Positions 58,019-64,000 of a stretch of DNA of 64,000 bases are shown in pieces (within the stretch, counting starts at the first letter, position 1; every line of letters begins with the position of its first letter). The notes under the pieces are model-generated. The model was not told the DNA's origin, made no database searches, and worked only from the letters and a program-made list of their open reading frames with translations. Both the position numbers and the translations under genes were made by a program. Source of the stretch: Candidatus Cryptobacteroides sp. (lineage in GTDB: Bacteria; Bacteroidota; Bacteroidia; Bacteroidales; UBA932); NCBI GenBank assembly GCA_045126075.1, contig JBGVNX010000010.1, forward strand, positions 45,009 to 109,008. The letters run 5' to 3'.

Positions 58019-58112
58019 ACTCAATAAATTTCTATCAGCAAATATAGCCTAATAATTCTAATTAACGCATAAAGGGAAGTTTCCTTTCCGATCAAAACTA
58101 TATACTCATATT

Positions 58113-58451
58113 CTACCTCTTGTCAAACGAGTTCATTATACCCACCAACAAAGACACCCCATCAATAATAGACATCACGCCGTGCTTGCTTATATGATTC
58201 TGGCAGTCATTGATCTGACGTTGACATTCCATCACCAGATCATACTCCTGCTGGGTACAATATCCTCTCACTCTAGCATTAAAGGCAATATAATTACTGA
58301 TCTGATACAGTTCCGTCATCATCGATCGAAATCTGTTTATCTGAACAACATTATATGCCAGCGAAGCGCCATCAACAGCCATCTTCGCTTTCTCATTTCC
58401 GATTGCAGCCACCTTCGCAGCCAGGAAGCCAAAGTCAACTAGTTCGTTCAT
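58113..58451 (-). CDS. Hypothetical helical protein (112 aa)
   Basis: ATG 3 nt after the DUF2971 stop, same strand as the island; no motif recognised. Confidence 0.6.
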   Translation of the reverse strand: MNELVDFGFLAAKVAAIGNEKAKMAVDGASLAYNVVQINRFRSMMTELYQISNYIAFNARVRGYCTQQEYDLVMECQRQINDCQNHISKHGVMSIIDGVSLLVGIMNSFDKR

Positions 58452-58454
58452 ATA

Positions 58455-59351
58455 TCAATCTTTATATGGAATGTCAGAAGCAGTCACCTTAACATGATCA
58501 AAACCAATATGTTTCAAGTATGTTTCCAATGAATACACTGTTCTTGGCATATCATTATTAGGGCCGACGATTATTTCCGTCAGGGCCTCTTTTGGGAAAT
58601 ACTGTTCAATGTAAGGAATAAACTTATTATCCTTGAAGCGGAACTTCCTATCAGCCTCTCCAGCTACAAGGACCAGTCGCACTTCATCCTCATCAATATA
58701 AGCTTTATGTTTCAAGGCGGTCACCAATCTCATATATGGATATAGCCGAGCCAACACTTCCTCTTTATTGTCGGCCTTACTCAAAGCTATCAGGGAAACG
58801 ATCAATATTATAAGAATCTCATCTTGAGAAATTTTCTTTACGTTCACCTCCCGCAAACAATCACGAATACTTTGCTCGATATCTTCTGTCAGATAGACAG
58901 ATTTGAGGAACTCTCCCCGAGTGTTTTCTCTTAACAGATCAACATCAAAACACAATGATACACCGGTTGCATTCTTTGCATACATTCTCCACATCGACAA
59001 AGAATCCCGCCTCAATGAGAATGACGACAAGAAATAATCCGACACAACATCCTTTAAATTATCCAGTCCCTTCTCTTCATTAATTTCCACAAAATTATCC
59101 TCTAATAAATGATACATGAATTCACATCCCGTCTGAATTTCTTTTGTATCATTCATATACAACGCATTTGAAGCCCACAAGCATATCTGCTTTTTTGAAT
59201 CACAAAGGAGTCCATGGAACAATGATTCAATCGTGGTATAATGATATATGTACCTCTCCGATACGGGCTTAACCAATTCGCTCACGCAAGTATGAAATGC
59301 GCTCAGCTGTTCAGATGATGCAGAATCTATTTCTTTCTTGATTAGCTCCAT
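58455..59351 (-). CDS. DUF2971 family protein
   Basis: YHYTT, MND..E, SFS...D.LSMW..Y, K...Y..E.EVR, IIVGP. Confidence 0.82.
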   Translation of the reverse strand: MELIKKEIDSASSEQLSAFHTCVSELVKPVSERYIYHYTTIESLFHGLLCDSKKQICLWASNALYMNDTKEIQTGCEFMYHLLEDNFVEINEEKGLDNLKDVVSDYFLSSFSLRRDSLSMWRMYAKNATGVSLCFDVDLLRENTRGEFLKSVYLTEDIEQSIRDCLREVNVKKISQDEILIILIVSLIALSKADNKEEVLARLYPYMRLVTALKHKAYIDEDEVRLVLVAGEADRKFRFKDNKFIPYIEQYFPKEALTEIIVGPNNDMPRTVYSLETYLKHIGFDHVKVTASDIPYKD

Positions 59352-59397
59352 TAGATATTTTCTTTAGACGTTCTAGTTATCAAAACAACGCATGCAA

Positions 59398-59979
59398 TTA
59401 TTCTTCCAAAGAAGCTTTCTTGATTCTTGTTGGGATCGGGAACAACAGGTCAATCTCAGCCTCTAACTGTGCCTGGCGATGAAGAATCTCTTCTCTCAGC
59501 TTCTTTGTCACAGATCTATTCTGTTGTCTCACCGCTTCTTGCCGTTTCTTACTTTCACCAATAAAACGAATTTCATCTGCCAACTTATCAAGTCTGGTAT
59601 TACTCTCAAGCCTTCCTCGCAACTCACACTCCCACACCGTTATCACAGTCCAGCCCAATGCCTCCAGATGCGCTGTCGTCACCTCATCCCGATGCCGGTT
59701 CCTAGCAATCTTTGTTTCCCAGAACTCAATATTTGTTTTAGGTTTAGTCGCATATCGACATCCTTTATGCCCGTGCCAGAAGCATCCGTTTACCATTATG
59801 GCAACACCATATTTTGGCAGCACTATATCCGGCCTTCCCGGCAGATTCCTATCTTGCAATCTGAACCTGAATCCACGAGCATGCAATCCCCTCCGAACCA
59901 GAATCTCCGGTTTGGTGTTCTTGCCACGGATACGGGACATGCAGTGATGCCGCTGTTGGGTGTTTAATTTGTCTGCCAT
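59398..59979 (-). CDS. vsr: Very short patch repair endonuclease
   Basis: MS.IR.KNTKPE, LPG.PDIV, GCFWHGH, FW..KI.RN..RD, VWEC. Confidence 0.93.
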   Translation of the reverse strand: MADKLNTQQRHHCMSRIRGKNTKPEILVRRGLHARGFRFRLQDRNLPGRPDIVLPKYGVAIMVNGCFWHGHKGCRYATKPKTNIEFWETKIARNRHRDEVTTAHLEALGWTVITVWECELRGRLESNTRLDKLADEIRFIGESKKRQEAVRQQNRSVTKKLREEILHRQAQLEAEIDLLFPIPTRIKKASLEE

Positions 59980-59981
59980 GG

Positions 59982-61268
59982 CTACTTGTTATCCTCGACG
60001 GCTTTCTTTAGTTGTGGCAATGGCTCACAATAGGTCTTGTTGACAACTCGGTCTCTCATTTTCTTCATATCGGTAAAGTTGCGAGAAATGTTTTGAACAA
60101 TGTCGAGATAGTTGTCTGAACCATCATCTTTTCTATGGAAGAAAGGCTTTATAGACACACAATTGTCATGCTCAAAAAGAGTATTTAGCAGAGTCCTGTC
60201 AGAGTTTCCGCACGAATGCCCCATTATGTATATTTGAAATGGTGCAGAATCTATAAACGATAATAACTTGCGATAGTTATCTGCTTCAAGATATTTTGTG
60301 GATTTCATGTTACGCAGATACTCATTATTGTTTAGATTCTTTAGCCCTTCATAGTCCTTATCCAGTTCGTCACCATAACCGAATATTATACTTTCCGGCT
60401 TTGAAAGGGATCCATGTATGTGATTAATGAAAAACCGGGATTCATCATCAGGGATATATTGGTCCGACCAATCAGTATAGTTGAAGTTCAGGAAAAGTAT
60501 TTTCTCCGGACGAACTAAATCATCAGGGATATCGCAGTCGCTTACGCTATCAATGCCCATGTGCTCAATCTGTTCAGCATATTTGTCATTGAAGAGTTTG
60601 ACTTCTCTGATATTTGATTTGAAGATACTCAAATTCTCAACAAATGATGGATAGTCTTCAATATAGGTCCTATATTTATAATGAACGAAGCGTATCCAGT
60701 TTTGTTTTGCAGATATTGAAATGTCTCTGCCTCGGATAGGACCCAAAATTAGTTCTCTCAGCAAATCGTTTGTTAGAGCGCCACTTTGCCCCTGCTTCTG
60801 AACAAGTTCGAGATACTCTATCAGCAACTCCCTGATTATACTCAACTCTGCATTCAGTATTTCTGGAGTAGAGTGCCCGCTTTTGTCAGTCGTATAAGAC
60901 ACTAACAGTTTATAGTATTCATTTTCTATATCGACCCAGTTGCAGTCATCTAACGACGATTGTATTTGCTCAAACAGGGGATGCATTTCCCATATGTAAT
61001 TGCCTTTATGCTGAAACAGATACTCTTTTGCCTCCAGCAATGTCCTCATGCCATGTATCAAACCTATATCATAAGACCAGCTATGCCATGTATGTGATGT
61101 GACTTTATCCAACTTGATTTTACACAAAAGCGTATCTAATGTTTTGCTATGGCACCACATTAGCTCTCTCATGACTCGCTCCCAATACCAGTCGTTGAAG
61201 TTTTTATAACTAGTAGGAAGGTTATGAGCTAAATCAAAGCCATTACCAACTAATATGATTCGATTCAT
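59982..61268 (-). CDS. AbiH-family abortive infection protein
   Basis: GNGFDLAH.L.TSY..F, NFNYT, HIHG, IFGYGD, GHS. Confidence 0.88.
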   Translation of the reverse strand: MNRIILVGNGFDLAHNLPTSYKNFNDWYWERVMRELMWCHSKTLDTLLCKIKLDKVTSHTWHSWSYDIGLIHGMRTLLEAKEYLFQHKGNYIWEMHPLFEQIQSSLDDCNWVDIENEYYKLLVSYTTDKSGHSTPEILNAELSIIRELLIEYLELVQKQGQSGALTNDLLRELILGPIRGRDISISAKQNWIRFVHYKYRTYIEDYPSFVENLSIFKSNIREVKLFNDKYAEQIEHMGIDSVSDCDIPDDLVRPEKILFLNFNYTDWSDQYIPDDESRFFINHIHGSLSKPESIIFGYGDELDKDYEGLKNLNNNEYLRNMKSTKYLEADNYRKLLSFIDSAPFQIYIMGHSCGNSDRTLLNTLFEHDNCVSIKPFFHRKDDGSDNYLDIVQNISRNFTDMKKMRDRVVNKTYCEPLPQLKKAVEDNK

Positions 61269-61284
61269 ATGGAGGTCCTAATCG

Positions 61285-62937
61285 TTAGTTTATTATAGCC
61301 GATAATGATGTCGGGATAAAATCTGCCACTATAGATAATTCCTTTGAAATCTCTTTGTTGTTCTCTTTGCATGCTCTTTCAAGCGCAAGAATAAGACTGC
61401 CATCAATGGAAGTATATATCTTTCCGTTAAGGAGCATAAAGTTCTCTTTAACGAAGTTTTTTATGTTACCTGAATGTGGCACGACTTTATAGAAGTCGTA
61501 TTTAGAAGTCAAGATTGCCCAGAATGCTTTCCGGACGTTTGACTTGAATTCTGCTTTGAAGGCAGATTGTTCTGCAGAGTCGTCCTGTGCATAGAGCATC
61601 ATAACGAAGAGCAGATTTATATCGAAGTGGGTGAGCCAAAGGGTGTCTCTGTCAAAGAGACGATTCTCAAAGTGAGACATCCTGTGCTTCTTCTCGTTTA
61701 CCTCACGTGGGTTAAGCTCTGTGTTTTCGTATGTCAGTTCGTCAGGGATGTATGCACTGATGAAGAAGTTCGGGGTGAAATTGTACCCTTCAGTGAGCGT
61801 ATCTCTATAGCCAGAAGTTTCCAGTTTGCCACTGAAGTGGTACTGGATGATGTTCTTGGCGTAGGTGAACTGCTTGTAGATGGATTCATCACCTATTTCA
61901 GCACCAATGGCGTAGTATTTACTATCTCCGATGTAGTAAATGTCTTTACCATCGATAGGCGAGTGATATCTGAAGATATGGTCGATGATTTTTCCGTCGT
62001 TCATTGACTTTATGCAGCTAAGGTCGGGGTCACCGATGAGGGCATCAATCATTGACTCAAACACTATCTCAAATGACCCTATCAGAAGAAAATCAGAAAT
62101 GCCATTTGATGATTGTATGCCGGAGGTTTTCTGGAAGAATGCGTAGCACAGATTCCAGAGTTTAAGGTCTTTGTCGGAAAAATATTTGTATTTGATGGCG
62201 TTAAGGCGGGTTTCACCCAAGCCCTCCATATATGCTTCGAATTGGGCTCCTGTGATAAGATCGTAATTGCACTCTACAGGAATCATAATGCCGAGGTTGC
62301 CAGATATGTAATTCAAGATAGAGTAGAAGATTACCATCAGTTCCTCGTCGAAGTTGATCTGCTTCTTACGATTGATAACATCAACATAGATGGGGCTTCC
62401 GTCCTGAAGAATAGGGATTTTATGCGAGATGGTTTTGCGCCAGTTGATTCTATCATAACCGCTATGGAGGTTCTTTATGATGTACATAAAGTAGTCTTTG
62501 TTGCGGTTGTAAAACTCTATGATAGCGAAAATCACGTCAAGCAAAGTCCCTGACACGGAATCTTCAGAATTGGAGAATGCTGAAGAGTCGCTTCTGCAGA
62601 CAATGGAACTATCAGCGTTGAGTCGGGCAAAAGTGGAAATTGTGCGATATGACCATAGGCTGAAGTTCTGTACGAACTCTCTTTGAGTGTCGTTCAAATG
62701 ACTTCCTGATGAGAATGCGTCAACTATATCTTCAGCGGAAATCCCTCCAAGATATGTTTCTTTTCCGTGGTCCTTGATTACCTTTGGCAGACAGATGACA
62801 CAATCGCCAATGGTGGAATTGAAGAAATAACCTACCTTGGAGACTTTGATGCAGCCATTCTCGGCAGTTTCAAAATCTCCGCATATATCTTCTACGTGAG
62901 ATTGCTGGTAACTATGTCCTTCAATCAGGATTTTCAT
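61285..62937 (-). CDS. LlaJI-family (McrC-like) restriction endonuclease subunit
   Basis: INW.KTI, FE..FE.MID, DHI, IGDSKYY, KQFTYA; downstream of an McrB-like gene. Confidence 0.82.
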   Translation of the reverse strand: MKILIEGHSYQQSHVEDICGDFETAENGCIKVSKVGYFFNSTIGDCVICLPKVIKDHGKETYLGGISAEDIVDAFSSGSHLNDTQREFVQNFSLWSYRTISTFARLNADSSIVCRSDSSAFSNSEDSVSGTLLDVIFAIIEFYNRNKDYFMYIIKNLHSGYDRINWRKTISHKIPILQDGSPIYVDVINRKKQINFDEELMVIFYSILNYISGNLGIMIPVECNYDLITGAQFEAYMEGLGETRLNAIKYKYFSDKDLKLWNLCYAFFQKTSGIQSSNGISDFLLIGSFEIVFESMIDALIGDPDLSCIKSMNDGKIIDHIFRYHSPIDGKDIYYIGDSKYYAIGAEIGDESIYKQFTYAKNIIQYHFSGKLETSGYRDTLTEGYNFTPNFFISAYIPDELTYENTELNPREVNEKKHRMSHFENRLFDRDTLWLTHFDINLLFVMMLYAQDDSAEQSAFKAEFKSNVRKAFWAILTSKYDFYKVVPHSGNIKNFVKENFMLLNGKIYTSIDGSLILALERACKENNKEISKELSIVADFIPTSLSAIIN

Positions 62938-62940
62938 TGG

Positions 62941-63999
62941 TTATGCTTCTTCTGTCATTTCTTTTGCCTGAGCCGCATCTTGGGCATCAGCTATTGCTTT
63001 CTTTACTTTGGGTTCTACACCTACATTTCGCAGGAATGTGTGCAATACGCCGATATTTTCTACAATCTGTCCAAAAGAGTTCATTTCAAAGAATGAGTTG
63101 AAGGACATTACGGCATTCTTCCCATCAACTTTGATTGTAAACGGATTGCTGTCTTTTGCACCCATATCCTTGAACACGTCGTTCCAAAGATAAAACACAA
63201 CCTTTGAGACAAATGATGAGATTGTGATTTCTTCTGCGTCTTCTTCAGTCTTGATAAACCAGAATCCAAGCTGTTTGTCGTCTGAGTGTGTTGCGTTCTG
63301 TATCTTCTCGTTTATCTTCTCAAGGAATTCGGTCCAATCATATTCGTAGTCACCGGCATCTATAGTGGTGCCGTACTTGGTGGTTGTCTTATCCTTGAAC
63401 GAAAGTTCCATTGTCCTGCTCTTATCAGCAGGCGGAGTTGTAGGAATATATTTCCAATCCCATCTTCTCTTGAATGCACTATCCATAGGGAAGAGAGACT
63501 GGTCGGATGTGTTCATTGTTGCGATAATGTTCAAGTTTGCAGGGAGACTCAATTTACCATCGCGTATTCCTTCTGCAGCATCTCCTTCAAGAACGCTGGA
63601 CAGATATTCAGCAAGAGCAGTTTCAGCCTTTACTGGATATTCCGATACTCCTTTCTTGCGGTCAAGCAGCTGGAAAAGGTCTCCAAATATCTGGGCACAG
63701 TTACCACGATTAATCTCCTCTATGACAAGATAAACCTGCTCGGTTGGATTCTGCCAAGCCTTGATATATGCTAGAGTAAACACCTGCGGCTCAAAATTGT
63801 ATGAAATAGTATTTGAGCCTATTAGTGAATTTTCCTTTAACCAATCATATATTTTGAAAATACCAGAAGTCAATTCATTCGTATATGCAGTACTAGCAAA
63901 ACCTTTATCCTTCAATTTTTGAGATAATGTTTGGGCATCTATTCCTAAGCGTCTTAGGTCTTCGGCATGAATAAGGGCCTCATACCAGTATCTCGCTTT
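62941..63999 (-). CDS. McrB-like AAA+ GTPase (5' end outside window)
   Basis: IEEINRGN, FQLLDR, ATMNTSDQS, AFKRRW; frame open to the window edge. Confidence 0.9.
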   Translation of the reverse strand, partial: KARYWYEALIHAEDLRRLGIDAQTLSQKLKDKGFASTAYTNELTSGIFKIYDWLKENSLIGSNTISYNFEPQVFTLAYIKAWQNPTEQVYLVIEEINRGNCAQIFGDLFQLLDRKKGVSEYPVKAETALAEYLSSVLEGDAAEGIRDGKLSLPANLNIIATMNTSDQSLFPMDSAFKRRWDWKYIPTTPPADKSRTMELSFKDKTTTKYGTTIDAGDYEYDWTEFLEKINEKIQNATHSDDKQLGFWFIKTEEDAEEITISSFVSKVVFYLWNDVFKDMGAKDSNPFTIKVDGKNAVMSFNSFFEMNSFGQIVENIGVLHTFLRNVGVEPKVKKAIADAQDAAQAKEMTEEA

Positions 64000-64000
64000 T

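Overview
Bacteroidales chromosome window, inferred from repeated TAnnTTTG promoter elements, a DUF4290 gene, a FISUMP lipoprotein and signal peptides followed by Gln; the finer taxon cannot be determined. Bases 1-21 kb and 41-56 kb are mostly housekeeping genes: MATE, ackA-ptb-buk (ackA broken by one in-frame TAG), comEC, apbE, ftsK-lolA, addAB, hslR, manA, pgi, umuDC, purC, alr and an M16 peptidase. The standout is a 14-gene, ~20 kb locus (20998-40987) wedged between pgi and manA. It encodes a CASTOR/POLLUX-like RCK channel with a RyR domain, a soluble RCK-RyR paralog, a stand-alone RyR protein, a TIR-TM-FGE protein, an FHA-TM-trypsin protein and an atypical Ser/Thr kinase. It also encodes a secreted trypsin, three secreted CHAT (caspase-like) proteases, three distantly paralogous small secreted proteins and a 403-aa secreted unknown. 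Each small protein sits directly upstream of a protease gene and carries an Arg-Gly linker site. This looks like a trans-envelope protease/TIR/ion-channel signalling or immunity system that I do not recognise as described. GTCAT-type palindromic repeats cluster around umuDC, including an in-frame pair inside a Mom/GNAT-like gene. From ~56.2 kb to the window end is a defence island (McrB-like, LlaJI, AbiH, Vsr, DUF2971, AAA_21 + DUF4276). All calls are from motif recognition by eye; no searches were run.
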